Origin: a virus
Lineage: Duplodnaviria; Caudoviricetes
DNA length: 24,001 nt
Virus record (IMG/VR): IMGVR_UViG_3300017783_000210
Coordinates: 1 to 24,001 of that record
Direction: 5' to 3' (one strand)
Shown: in pieces, positions 7,301-18,100 of the stretch
Numbering within the stretch: position 1 is the stretch's first letter
Layout: each line of letters opens with the position of its first letter
Notes under the pieces: generated by a model
What the model was told of the DNA's origin: nothing
The model's input: the letters and a program-made list of their open reading frames with translations, nothing else
The model's database searches: none
Made by a program: the position numbers and the translations under genes

Positions 7301-10300
7301 CAATCATCACACAAGAAGGCACAAATGCCAATGGTGAAGTTGTAGGTGATGTTTTGTCATCAAATGATTTTGTTTTGAGAAATGTCTCTGGTGCATTTGA
7401 TACTGCAAACAAATTAAATTCTAATTTAAGAATTTTAAATCTAATCGTCGATACAGAGTCATTCTATACTGAAAATACTGTCATTCGTTTTACAAACGGC
7501 AGTGAAGTCACTGTATTGTCTATTACTAACGATACACTCCGTGTAGCATCAAATCCATTCACAGATGGTGATGGTATTACATTTCCACAAACAGCAAGCG
7601 GCATTACAGAAGATACAATTTACTATGTAATTAATTCAACTGCTAATAGTTTTCAACTAGCAGCAACTTCTGGTGGTGCTGCTTTATCTCTTGATACTGT
7701 ATCTTCATTTGGTGTTGTCGCTACTAGTGAAATTGGTAGAGGTCTCATTCTAGAAAGAGTCATTGCTGGCAACACTGTAAAAGTAAGAGTCGATGATGGA
7801 GACTTTATCACATCTAATGATTTCTATCTTCGTAGTGCCAATATTGATGATACTGTAGGTGCTCGTGTTTCACAAGTTGACGAATTGAGTAAAAATGTAG
7901 AGATTTTTGAATTAAACGATAATATTGGTCTCGTAACTACTAGTGATGAGCATAATGTAACTTTAGGTGATGGAGTAACAGTAGATATTATTCCTGATGA
8001 CTCACAAACCACCACAGATTATCATGTAAGACGTAGAATTTATCAAACGGTAAAATTATTCGCTCCACAAATCAATACTACTATTGCAGATACTGGTATT
8101 GGTGTAACAAAACTATTGAATGGTGGCGCAGATTATACTGATGGTGTTTATCAAGATGTAGAGTTAATTTTTGCAGACCAGACTCGCACACGAAATGCTT
8201 CTGGATTTATTGTTGACGCATCAACCGCATTTGTTGGTGTCCCTGGTGCAGATGGTAATGCTAAAGCAACTATTACAGTAACTAACAATACTGTAGTAAA
8301 CGTTTCTATTACTGATAAAGGCACAGGATATCAAATTGGTGATATCCTTGTCGTAGATGACAGTGATTTAAGTAGATTTGCTGGGTCTTTGAGTCAGTCA
8401 TATCTTTATGTTGAAGTTGGACATGTTGGATTAGGTATTAATGATACTGTAGTTAAAGTAGTTGATGCGTCTGACATTTCGGTTGATGATATTTTAAAAA
8501 TTAACAAAGAAAAGTTAAAAGTAACTTCTATTTCTGGGAATAACTTAACGGTATTGCGAGGTGTAGAAAATACCACTAAAACTAATCATTTTAATGGCAA
8601 TACAGTAATATTTGCTACTGGTCAGTATAAGTTTATTGAAGGCAACCAAATTGGGGGCAATAGTAGCAGCCCATTTATAAAATATTACGATGCAGACAAA
8701 CAAGAGCTAACAGTTATCTATAATTTGGACCAATCGTTAACTTCCATCGAAGCAATTACATTTAATTCATCTTTTACTGATGATGGTGCTCCTTCTAAGC
8801 AAGTTGTTGTTGATACTGTAGTTTCTGCGCCAGCATTTAAGTTTGAATTCTCTGAAGACAACAATTCTGGTCCATGGACTCCCAATCCAATTATTGCTGT
8901 CCAGAAATACTATCGTTACAAGTTTGTCACAAGTGACCCTTCAATGGGTGGGTCTTTCTTGGAATTCTCTCCAAGTAGAAATAAAAATATTATTACCACA
9001 GAGGCAATCAAAGGTAATTTAGTCCCTGGCACAGGTGATGAGAATACATCGTTTGTCTCGGTCAAATTTGGTTTTGGGGATGCATCTCCAACAAATACTT
9101 ACACCGATAAAAAACAGATTGATTTTACAAATTATTATTACTTCGACAAAGCAGGTGTAGCAACTTCTGATGATAGTTACTTGTCTTTGGTTAATGACCC
9201 ACTACAGGGTAAAAAAACTGTAAATTATGTTTCACCTCTGTCATTTGCATATAATTTAGATTCCAAACCTGCATATGATGGGTCTGGCACATTCACATAT
9301 ACAACTACATCTATTTTTGCTCGTGGCGAAATAAATTCTACCAGAATCGTAAATACAGGAAAGGAATATAAGAAAATTCCTAATGTTTTTGGCATTGCAC
9401 CTGCATTAGAGAATATTTGCGAACCACTACTAAATTATGACACTGACTCTAATCAAATTATCTCTATATCCATTGCTACCGCAGGTAAAAGTTATTCTAA
9501 ACCAAAAATTGCAGTAGTTGACAATGGTCAAGATGTTTATCTAAATTTTGATATTGTTGTTGGTCTTAGTGGTGAAATTGTTGCGATTAAACTATTGCAA
9601 GATTATACTTTCAATAGTCTTCCCCTAGTTTACGTTGTTGAAACTGATGTCGATGTTTTCTATGGCAGCAAAACTATTGGGACCCCGAGTAATGTTAAGG
9701 TTACATATAATGGCACTTCGTATTATAATGACACCACGGTATCTTCTTTATTCACATCTCACCAAATTTTACAAGTAACAAATCTAGATGAGAAAAATTT
9801 CTTAAATGGTGAAATTGTCAAGCAGTATGAAGGTGGATTCTTAATTGCTGAAGGACAATTAGCAAAAGATGGTTACGACCCAAGAAAAAACTTCTTAAAA
9901 GTTAAGAACGTCATTGGAGAATTTAAATCTGGTCTTCCTGTTACTGGTACTTTGTTAAACAAAAGCGCAGATGTAACAAACGTATATTTCACATTATTCA
10001 ATACTGACATTAAGTCATATTTTGACAATGCAGGGTATTTTGATACTAATAGAGGACAACCTTCTGCATACACACAAAAGTTAGCAGATTCTTACTTCTA
10101 TCAAGATTACTCCTATGTTGTAAAATCTAAGAGTCCCATCAACATCTGGAAAAAACTAGTCAAGCAGACTGTCCATCCAGCTGGATTCAAGATGTTTGGC
10201 GAAGTTGCTATCGAAGGGACAGCAACTATAGAGATGCCAGCATCTCAAAAATCTATTCAAAATATTAGTGTTATTAATCTATGGGACCCTGAAAAAAATA

Positions 10301-13176
10301 AGGTTACTATTCAAAGCACTAGACAGCAATTCACACAATCTACTATCACTGTCAGTGATACTAACGTTAAGCGAGGCAAAGGTAGCGTATTAGTATCTGG
10401 TGTCGATACTACTGAGTTACTTTCGTATCAGTTTGAATTGCAGCAACCATTTGATGGGGATTTCGACGAAGCGGGTAATATTGTTGGCACCAGGACATTT
10501 AACATGGTCTTACCTGGGTCTGGCATTCTCAATGTAGCAAATATTCAGAATTTATTCATAACTATGGATGGTGTTATGCAAGAACCTGGTGTAGCATACA
10601 CTATATCTGGGTCTTCTATTACATTTGCTATTGCACCTCTTGGACCAAGAAGAGCAAATAATCAGGATATCGAGCCACAGAAATTTATTGGCAGATTAAT
10701 CAGATTTAAGAATGATGCTCTCAATAATCAATATTTCAGAAAAATTAAAAATATTCAAGAGCAGTTTGATGGAATAACTACTAGATTCCCATTATATTAC
10801 GATGATGGCACAAATGTTATTTTAGACGCTAAAGAAAACTTACTAGTTTCTTTAGATGGTGTTATCCAGGAAAACAAGATGACCCCCTTAATTCCTGCAT
10901 TTGCTGCTTACTATATTGATAGGACTGTCACACCTAATGCCATTGTATTCATTGATGCTCCTAGGAGACTTGATGATGTAAACTATACTAGATTCTTTGC
11001 ATATAGTATTAGTAGTTATGAGCGAATCTATCTAGAAACTGATTTATATAATGGTGTTAAGAAAGGTCCTTTTATTATGAGGACTGTACTTGGCAAACAA
11101 ACAGTTACTGTTAATAATGACAGGACTATTCTGGTGTTTATTGAAGGTGTGTTGCAAATCAGAAACCGTGCATATAGTGTTACGGGGTCAACTATTACAT
11201 TTGCAGAACCTCCAAGACCAGGACAACAAATTAACATCCTGTATGTCTTTGGTCGTGAAACGGAAAGAAAATTAACTTTCTACAATTTCGAGAGTAATAA
11301 ATTTTTCAATACGGTAGATTTACTATCTGATGCATTTATTAGTAATGAGCAGTTATCTCAATATAATACTGTATATCAAGGAAACTCAATTGGTGAGTGG
11401 TTTACTGTTGGCGAAATCCTCAATGCATTTGCTAGCACTGATGGTCAAGGTAATCCTACATTAAGAATTATCTTTAAGCAGCAAAATACTAAGATTGACC
11501 CATTATACCCAATCAAATTAGCAAATTACAAATATCCTGTTACTGAGTTTACTATTGATTCTGATGAAATTATATCTTTTACTGACTACAAAGAAGATGA
11601 TGAAAGAAATGAGTTAGTATTTAAAACTAAGGCAGGATGGATGTTTAACACTGAGTTGACACCTGCATATAAGAATAACATTAACGTTGGTGACAAAATT
11701 AAGGTTGATGGTGAGGATGAATATCGTGAAGTGCTTCTTATCCCAGAAATTCTTAAAAAACTAGGTCATAGAAGAGAAGATTTAGTCAAAGACAATCACT
11801 GGGCACAAGTTGGGGTCACTGACTATAACGGTCAAATTGCTGGTATTGGTCTCAGTGTATTAGCACAACTAGATGACAGTAAAGTTGCATCTATTACGTG
11901 GAATCAAAGAAACTATGAAGAGTATGCATTTGCAGTCTCTGATGGTATCATCATTCCCAAAGTTATAAGCACAAGAAACGGATTAGTATTCTTAAATTAC
12001 ACTAATAGAGTGATGCTTCGTTCTGGAGAATACATCAATACTATCAATCCAAACCAATCAACAATTGTAACAAATCCTTTAAACATTCAACCAAATGCTT
12101 TTGGGTATACAGAAACACCAAAACTAGTTTTTGTCCCACAACCACCAAGAGATGAATATGGCAACATTACTGGTCCTGTAACTGGTGGTGGTGCGACTGG
12201 GCATGTCATTATGGACCGTGGTGAAGTCATTGATGTTGTATTAACTAGTAGAGGTAGTGGATATACTGCTCCTCCTAGAGTTTATATTACAAGGGGATAT
12301 GATATTTTCCGTGCTTCTGATAAGGTAGTTGAATCTAGGACCGATTTATTCCTTGAGCCTAGGATTTCATCTAACTTCTCTATCACATCATGGTTCTTGC
12401 TCGATATCGGGTCTAAGTTGGTCCCAGACATCAATACAGTTATTGATGTTAAGTATCAGAGTATTGAGGTTGAGCCTACTCTCATCATCACACCTCCTGC
12501 TATTGATGTAACTATTGATACACAAGTAGAAATTGTTTCCATCATTGATGCATCTGTCAATGTTGTTAGTATGTCTTCTGTAGTTGAATATCAGAGGACT
12601 TCTAGAATCTCAAGTGAATTTAATATTAGTAGCATCAAGCAAATTAGTAAAATTGTTACAGTTAAAGTTGAATTTGGTGCATGTGATATATTCAGTAGTG
12701 GTGTTGATGCCAATAAGTATGAGTTTGCACAACTTGGCAATAGATTCTCTGTATATGAGAACATCAAGTTTAATCAAGACTTAGGTGTTGCAAAGTATGC
12801 TGGGCAACATATTAGTGCTCAGAATACTCTCCAAGAAATGGAGATTTATTATCCAACTATTACTATTGGCGATTTTGCTGATAGAAGTGAATCTTCTTTA
12901 GGTGCTAATGGTGCTCATTGGCAGGTGCATTGGCCAACCATTAACGAATATGGTGCAATTCTAGATCAATCATTGACTTCATCTGAAACTACTGTTTATG
13001 TCCCAACTGGAGTTGTTGATAGATTCCCATCTAGTGGTAAATTATTAATTGGGGGAGAAGTAGTATCTTACACTGGTGTTTCAGGAGGAGATAGATTTAC
13101 TGGAGTTACCAGAGGCGTGGATGGCACTACCGCACAATCTCATAATGCTGGTGACTACCTAAGGAGTTTAGTATAA
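4360..13176 (+). CDS. gp7: Baseplate wedge initiator gp7, giant multi-domain form (2938 aa)
   Basis: Lies between gp6 and gp8. N-terminal QLPDFI..EYPKF..FLQKYY and IKQFYRAKGT motifs, and the gp7-type DSYFYQDYSYVVKS...VHPAGFKMFGE segment, with many inserted beta-rich repeats. Confidence 0.88.
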   Translation: MAAIKRRISALVDKQLPDFISAEYPKFSAFLQKYYEQLELRGQPLDIIQNLTQYSDIDTYEKGLLSEFTLCTANVSANDTTIAIAVSDSFPKNNGYVLIDDEVIFYESKTDTTLENCIRNVSGTTKLGDLYHESTWTQGDYGNGEEHLSGATAYNISNLFLYAFVKNYETQYLASFPEESLKPEVDKRTLIKNIKQFYRAKGTDQSIKFIFNSIVAQDAEDIPSIYYPKENTLKASTSDWINKFALRVKVLSGDANKAIGQILRQEEDTFNPNIGNAFATIDNVNFLGNFDGESIYEVALAPETIVGEFDVAQKSFLTSRLLPAVNTGSRIDVFSTTGWKSEKGKIEIGGETFTYKDKNVNQFVIEGRNGNGDYPVNTPVYNYANLSATYEENGVEYTVRFVCYGILYNLNVSAANPYSTEGDEVQISDSGFETRNTVIYDKSQSDVRWKVNDTISKSSISGLSEVLTDVQAIYEDEQYYYIASSGLPSYSIGTFANLAPRDQKFLKLIRKESIRNTELYPTPTRDIGIFLNGVVAYGYKDYDANDVVFGGVESFTVTEKGSGYKAAPFVLIDGDKEAVGKAILAGEVVERIDVVSPGQNYNSNPAVTVTSGRNAIVTATVTKDKVTQLTIVDPGEYYSSPPLIIIRDSLGSGRLAEYTAIVSNEGKLIGFNKIAEGKFYTQANVTVEVVAVGKGAEATASVKRWKKNRFEVTTKDAENGALFENFTKSFGYGYAHLGNPQQLRTDLGDTNPSVHSPIIGYAYDGNPIYGPYGYNDPLDPTSGIDRMLTSWRIKNRRDSDGPDVATYPLGSFIADYYYQHRFGSLDENNGRYCVTPDYPNGVYAYFITVSAGNIPVFPYILGERFYSIPVESNYNSTINQLNVPSKARRLKTTITPNNGIASSAVIETTREGTVTSSLVESSPANFAVGNRVFVDNRNTGGSGLVSDVASLKGKSISSIESTETKAVKITSKNPVYFFDKSIITQEGTNANGEVVGDVLSSNDFVLRNVSGAFDTANKLNSNLRILNLIVDTESFYTENTVIRFTNGSEVTVLSITNDTLRVASNPFTDGDGITFPQTASGITEDTIYYVINSTANSFQLAATSGGAALSLDTVSSFGVVATSEIGRGLILERVIAGNTVKVRVDDGDFITSNDFYLRSANIDDTVGARVSQVDELSKNVEIFELNDNIGLVTTSDEHNVTLGDGVTVDIIPDDSQTTTDYHVRRRIYQTVKLFAPQINTTIADTGIGVTKLLNGGADYTDGVYQDVELIFADQTRTRNASGFIVDASTAFVGVPGADGNAKATITVTNNTVVNVSITDKGTGYQIGDILVVDDSDLSRFAGSLSQSYLYVEVGHVGLGINDTVVKVVDASDISVDDILKINKEKLKVTSISGNNLTVLRGVENTTKTNHFNGNTVIFATGQYKFIEGNQIGGNSSSPFIKYYDADKQELTVIYNLDQSLTSIEAITFNSSFTDDGAPSKQVVVDTVVSAPAFKFEFSEDNNSGPWTPNPIIAVQKYYRYKFVTSDPSMGGSFLEFSPSRNKNIITTEAIKGNLVPGTGDENTSFVSVKFGFGDASPTNTYTDKKQIDFTNYYYFDKAGVATSDDSYLSLVNDPLQGKKTVNYVSPLSFAYNLDSKPAYDGSGTFTYTTTSIFARGEINSTRIVNTGKEYKKIPNVFGIAPALENICEPLLNYDTDSNQIISISIATAGKSYSKPKIAVVDNGQDVYLNFDIVVGLSGEIVAIKLLQDYTFNSLPLVYVVETDVDVFYGSKTIGTPSNVKVTYNGTSYYNDTTVSSLFTSHQILQVTNLDEKNFLNGEIVKQYEGGFLIAEGQLAKDGYDPRKNFLKVKNVIGEFKSGLPVTGTLLNKSADVTNVYFTLFNTDIKSYFDNAGYFDTNRGQPSAYTQKLADSYFYQDYSYVVKSKSPINIWKKLVKQTVHPAGFKMFGEVAIEGTATIEMPASQKSIQNISVINLWDPEKNKVTIQSTRQQFTQSTITVSDTNVKRGKGSVLVSGVDTTELLSYQFELQQPFDGDFDEAGNIVGTRTFNMVLPGSGILNVANIQNLFITMDGVMQEPGVAYTISGSSITFAIAPLGPRRANNQDIEPQKFIGRLIRFKNDALNNQYFRKIKNIQEQFDGITTRFPLYYDDGTNVILDAKENLLVSLDGVIQENKMTPLIPAFAAYYIDRTVTPNAIVFIDAPRRLDDVNYTRFFAYSISSYERIYLETDLYNGVKKGPFIMRTVLGKQTVTVNNDRTILVFIEGVLQIRNRAYSVTGSTITFAEPPRPGQQINILYVFGRETERKLTFYNFESNKFFNTVDLLSDAFISNEQLSQYNTVYQGNSIGEWFTVGEILNAFASTDGQGNPTLRIIFKQQNTKIDPLYPIKLANYKYPVTEFTIDSDEIISFTDYKEDDERNELVFKTKAGWMFNTELTPAYKNNINVGDKIKVDGEDEYREVLLIPEILKKLGHRREDLVKDNHWAQVGVTDYNGQIAGIGLSVLAQLDDSKVASITWNQRNYEEYAFAVSDGIIIPKVISTRNGLVFLNYTNRVMLRSGEYINTINPNQSTIVTNPLNIQPNAFGYTETPKLVFVPQPPRDEYGNITGPVTGGGATGHVIMDRGEVIDVVLTSRGSGYTAPPRVYITRGYDIFRASDKVVESRTDLFLEPRISSNFSITSWFLLDIGSKLVPDINTVIDVKYQSIEVEPTLIITPPAIDVTIDTQVEIVSIIDASVNVVSMSSVVEYQRTSRISSEFNISSIKQISKIVTVKVEFGACDIFSSGVDANKYEFAQLGNRFSVYENIKFNQDLGVAKYAGQHISAQNTLQEMEIYYPTITIGDFADRSESSLGANGAHWQVHWPTINEYGAILDQSLTSSETTVYVPTGVVDRFPSSGKLLIGGEVVSYTGVSGGDRFTGVTRGVDGTTAQSHNAGDYLRSLV

Positions 13177-13180
13177 TCAG

Positions 13181-13194
13181 TATAAATATAAATA
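13181..13194 (+). promoter_or_regulatory. Tandem overlapping T4 late promoters (TATAAATATAAATA)
   Basis: Two perfect TATAAATA copies at 13181-13188 and 13187-13194 in the gp7-gp8 intergenic region. AAGGGA RBS precedes ATG 13233. Confidence 0.85.
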
Positions 13195-13232
13195 ACTCGG
13201 AATTACCAGAAATAATACAATAAGGGAAAACT

Positions 13233-15110
13233 ATGGCCGCCATCATTTCTGAAAAATTCAGAATCTTTAATGCAAAGCAGTTTTTAGAGTCGTTATCTGA
13301 AGGCGCAACTGGCACTGAAGCAACTTCTGACGAAAGAACTAAATCCTACTTCTTCGTAGGTCGTCCCCAAAGGTGGAATGCATATCTAGAAATCTATTCA
13401 GTAGTGGGTAGTTTCTCACTAGGAGAAACAGTTTACGTCACTGGTAGTGGTATTACTGCAGCAAACTCTTCATTCCGAGCAACTGTTGAGGCAGTTTACC
13501 CAAATAGCATTCTTCTATCTGGCGTTTTCCCTAATATTGCAGCAGTCCCTGGTATTGGCAGTCAACTTAGAGGTGATTCTTCTAATGCTACTGCATATGC
13601 AGCGGTTTATAGATATGCAACTGATGAAGTGCCTCTTCGTCCAGCAGATAATGACGAAGAAGAGAAAAGCATTCATGATGACATGATTGCTCTAAAAAGA
13701 ATTGGTTCTGACCAAGTAAGAGCAGTTGTCAGAAGATTCAACTGGAATCCTACTGTCAATCCTAAGTATGATATGTGGAGACCTGACTACTCTTATGCAA
13801 GAGCAGCACAAGTTGACCCTGACGGTGCAGGCACTTTAACTCCCGCAGAATCTCTAGGTAATGCACAATACTATGTTATTAACAATAACTACGAAGTATT
13901 TAAGTGTCTCTATAATGGTGTAACTCCAGCAACTCCAGATGGCGCTAATGCATCACTAGAACCCAAGAGAAATCCTGGTCCTACTGGTGAAGGTGTATAT
14001 GATTCAGCAACTGGTATCTATACTGAGTTTCCTGACGTATCTAATGGTTATATTTGGAAGTATCTCTTTACTATCCCAACAAATGATGTATTGAGATTTC
14101 TCTCAACAGACTTCATGCCAATTGTTGAGGATTCTAATGTAACAACCCTAGCAGCATCACAAGCAGGTGCCATCACTACTATTATTGTTAGAGATAATGG
14201 CAGCAATCTACCTGCTAGTGAAGTTATCTATACACCTATTTTAGGTGATGGTGCAAATGGCCTTGTGCGTTTAGAGACTGATTCAAATGGTCAAATTACT
14301 ACTGCATATTTGGTAGATAATACAGGTGCTAGAGTAAACATCAGTGGTAGTGGTTACACATACGCAAATGTGTTAATCAAGAATGGTTTCCTTTATGAGG
14401 AAGCATCTTTAACTACTGCATTCTCTGTTTCTGCAAACGCATCTGGTGATATTGAAGTTATTGTCCCCCCACAAGGCGGTCATGGTTCTGATGCAATCGT
14501 TGAGCTTCTCGCTAAGAGAATCATGGCAAACATTCGTTTGACATATGCAGAAGGTCAAGGTGACTTCCCTGTTGACAACGATTTCCGTAGAATCGGTATT
14601 ATCAAAAATCCTAGACTCCCTTCCCCATCTACTGACTTTGCAACTCAGGATACAATTAGTGCAATTTATGCAGTTAAATTGAATAGTGTTAGTGGGTCAT
14701 TCCAACCTGATGAAATTGTTGAGCAAGAAGTTGTTGCTGGCGAGTTTGCTAGAGGCACCGTAGTTTCTTGGGTTTGGGATGAAGTGGCAGCAGGACAAAC
14801 ACCAACTTCAGGCACACTAAAATACTTCCAGAGCTCTGACCTACATACTGATAACGGTGTTGTAAAGGCATTTGTTTCTGACGCAGCAAGATTGGTAACT
14901 GGTAAAACATCACTAATTGATGGCGCTGTGGAAACTGGTTATTCAACTGGTGGTGCAACTCTTCCCCTACTTGGGTTAACTTTTGTCAATGGTCTTGCAG
15001 TCCCCGAACTTGCTAAGAGTACTGGTGAAATTGTTTATGTTGAAAACAGAAGACTAATCACCCGCGCACCCGACCAAATTGAAGATATCAAATTAGTTAT
15101 TGAATTCTGA
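13233..15110 (+). CDS. gp8: Baseplate wedge subunit gp8 (625 aa)
   Basis: MAAIISEKFRIFNAKQF start, YFFVGRPQxW, YEVFKCLYN, GYIWKYLFTI, FLSTDFMP, NDFRRIGIIKNP and the C-terminal GEIVYVENR..ITR..DQIEDIKLVIEF. Confidence 0.93.
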   Translation: MAAIISEKFRIFNAKQFLESLSEGATGTEATSDERTKSYFFVGRPQRWNAYLEIYSVVGSFSLGETVYVTGSGITAANSSFRATVEAVYPNSILLSGVFPNIAAVPGIGSQLRGDSSNATAYAAVYRYATDEVPLRPADNDEEEKSIHDDMIALKRIGSDQVRAVVRRFNWNPTVNPKYDMWRPDYSYARAAQVDPDGAGTLTPAESLGNAQYYVINNNYEVFKCLYNGVTPATPDGANASLEPKRNPGPTGEGVYDSATGIYTEFPDVSNGYIWKYLFTIPTNDVLRFLSTDFMPIVEDSNVTTLAASQAGAITTIIVRDNGSNLPASEVIYTPILGDGANGLVRLETDSNGQITTAYLVDNTGARVNISGSGYTYANVLIKNGFLYEEASLTTAFSVSANASGDIEVIVPPQGGHGSDAIVELLAKRIMANIRLTYAEGQGDFPVDNDFRRIGIIKNPRLPSPSTDFATQDTISAIYAVKLNSVSGSFQPDEIVEQEVVAGEFARGTVVSWVWDEVAAGQTPTSGTLKYFQSSDLHTDNGVVKAFVSDAARLVTGKTSLIDGAVETGYSTGGATLPLLGLTFVNGLAVPELAKSTGEIVYVENRRLITRAPDQIEDIKLVIEF

Positions 15111-15150
15111 TATCTTTTTCTCGCCATAAAACCTGTCACGTTGAGTAGAG

Positions 15151-18100
15151 ATGCCACAAAATACCAATTTAAATACCAAAGAGTATAATGACGATTTTGA
15201 TGCGTCTAAAAACTTTTACAAAGTCCTTTTTAGACCAGGATACTCTATTCAGTCTAGGGAGTTAACTACATTACAATCGATTTTACAAAATCAGATTGAG
15301 CAATTTGGAAAATACCAATTCAAGCAGGGGCAACAGGTTATTCCTGGTGAAGTCTCGTTTAATAACAGACTTAACTATGTAAAACTTGCCTCTGTTTCCG
15401 AAGTTGCTGAAAATGTGGGTGGGGAAGTCGTATTTAATAAGTATGACATTAAAGACCTCATCAGTTACACCCTTACTGGATTAACTTCTGGTGTACAGGC
15501 AATTGTAATCGAAGCAGCATATGGATCAGAAACAGAATCTGATACTATTTTTGTCAACTATATTAGTGGTGGTAATGATAGTGAATCTACATTTAGACAG
15601 GGTGAAGAATTAGAAGTAAATATTGCCAACAGTCCTATCTTAACTGTTGGCACAGATGGTAGTTCCTTGCCTTCTTCAATCACTAGTGTAAATCCAGATA
15701 CTTTAGAAGCAACTTTAATTGATAGTCCTGCAATGGGATATGCTTCTGCTATTAAAGTAGAAACAGGTATTTACTTTGTTAATGGATTCTTTGTACAGTG
15801 TGCAGAAAATCTATTAGTTGTTGATAAGTATTATTCTCAACCATCTGCAAAAGTTGGTTTTGAAATTGAAGAAGAGTTAATTACTCCAGAAAAAGATATT
15901 ACTCTCTATGATAATGCTAGAGGGTCATCTAATTTTTCTGCTCCTGGAGCGCATAGATTACAAATTAATCTCAATCTAAAAGCACTTGGTTTAGATGCTG
16001 ATACAGGTGATAACTTTATCGAGTTAATCACTTTAAGACTCGGTGTAATTCAGAAAAAAATTAACAAGAAAGAATACAACGTATTAGAAGATACACTCGC
16101 TAGAAGGACTTATGATGAGTCTGGCGATTATGTTGTAGATAATTTCCCTATTGAATTGCGAGAATACTGGCAAAGGTCTGGCAATCAAGGTTTATATCCA
16201 ACTAGAATTGATGATACTGTTGGTCCCCAAGCATTATCAAAGGAAGATGCTGAGGCAAAATTAGTTTCTGGTATTGGGTCTGGCAAAGCATATGTCAGAG
16301 GTTATGAGATTATCAATAAGGAAACAAAATTCTTAGAAGTTGACAAAGCAAGAGATGTTTTAGTCAAAGAAAATAATAAGATTAAAGCATATGGGTTGCC
16401 ATCATTTAATATTACTAATGTATATGGAACTATTCCTTTAAACTCGGAAGGCACTCAGTTATCATCATATCCAACTGTTTATTTTTCTAGAGTATTTAAC
16501 GATGGTTACCTTGGATACAATGGTGATTCTGGCACAAGAAAAACTGTAGGAAGAAGAGGGTTACCACTCAAGTCCACTGCTAAAACAAATTTAATTCATG
16601 ATTATGGGGTAAAGACTATCTACCTCAAAGCAAAGTCTCCTGCAGCGGATTACAGCGCCATTCTAGGCACTAGATTGTGGTATGTATCAGACCTAGCAGA
16701 AAGTCTTGCAGGAACTGCAGTTGACTATGTAGATGTTATTGGATTTTCTCAATTAACTAGACCAGATGATATTGGTGGAGAAATTTATCTTGAGTTAACT
16801 GTATTAGGTAATAAAAGAGATTTAGAATCTAAATTCTTAGAATTTGATAATGGTGATTTTATTCCCCTTGCTTTGCCTAATACTGGTGCAGATGCTAAGA
16901 GAAGACAAGTATTCACTAGGTCTCAGGGTAATCCCACAGATGATGGTGCTTTCCGCTCACAAAACTATTATTTCCAAGAAAGTGGGACACAAGTCCAAGT
17001 TTCTGACCTTCAATTTGAAGTAAGAGTTGAAAATGGCGTTAATAAGTATATTGCTAAAGTTACCACAGTCACCGACCACGGGTTGGTTGCTGGAAATACA
17101 ATTACTGTTGCAGGCGCTATTCCTAGCACATATAATAGTACAGGTGCAGTAGTATTAGCAAATGCATTAGCATCGAAGTATTTCGAGTATGAAATTCAGG
17201 CAGATCCTGGGTCTGTTGCAAGTGGTAATATTATTCTTACTGTCCCTGTCTCTGCCAGCAATCTAATCTTCCCATATGGAGAAGTTGTCGATTACAGTGA
17301 AATTATTACTCCTATTATTGGTATTTGCAAACCAAAGGATATTTCACTCGTAGAAAGAGGTGCTGGATTCAATCAAGAGACAGATAAAATTTTATCTAAA
17401 GGTAGAGATGCTGCTGGTAATGGTGTATATAACTCCACCTTTAAGATGGAGTACTTTAACCCAGTCTTCTTCACAAAACTAATATTGGATTCTCCAGTGA
17501 CAACTGGATATGCAGCAGGTAATTATATCACTGGTCAAACTAGTGGTGCATATGCAGTTATTGAAGGGTCTGCAGATTCATCGTATTCATCTTTCAATAC
17601 TTTACATGTCAGAATGATTTCTGGCACATTTGCAGGAGGAGAAACGATTGTTGATGAATCTGGAAATGTTTTAAGAATTGCTAAAGATAATACCATTTCT
17701 CACTTCATTGTCACTAAGAGAGGGTCTCAATATACTCAAACAACTTCTGCTGCATCAACAAAACCATTAAGCATTGATGGTAAGTTATTTGATGTATCTG
17801 TTGCCAAACCAGTACTTATTGGTGGTCAAGTAATTAATATTGAGATTCAAGATCGCAAAGCATTAAGTGATGAGTATGTTGCAACACCATCAGTTATAGT
17901 CAGTTTTGATTCTGGCACTCCACCAAGTACCTCTGCGGTTGTAAAAGCAGTATTGTTTAAGAATACTGTGATGACTTACACTAATGAAAGTGTTAAGTCA
18001 CTATTCTCGGAGTTTGGTGATGGAGAAATCAATAAGTTTACTGCTGATGTTGAGTCCTTCAATGGCGCATATTCTACAAGTAAGGATGTAACCGCATCTA

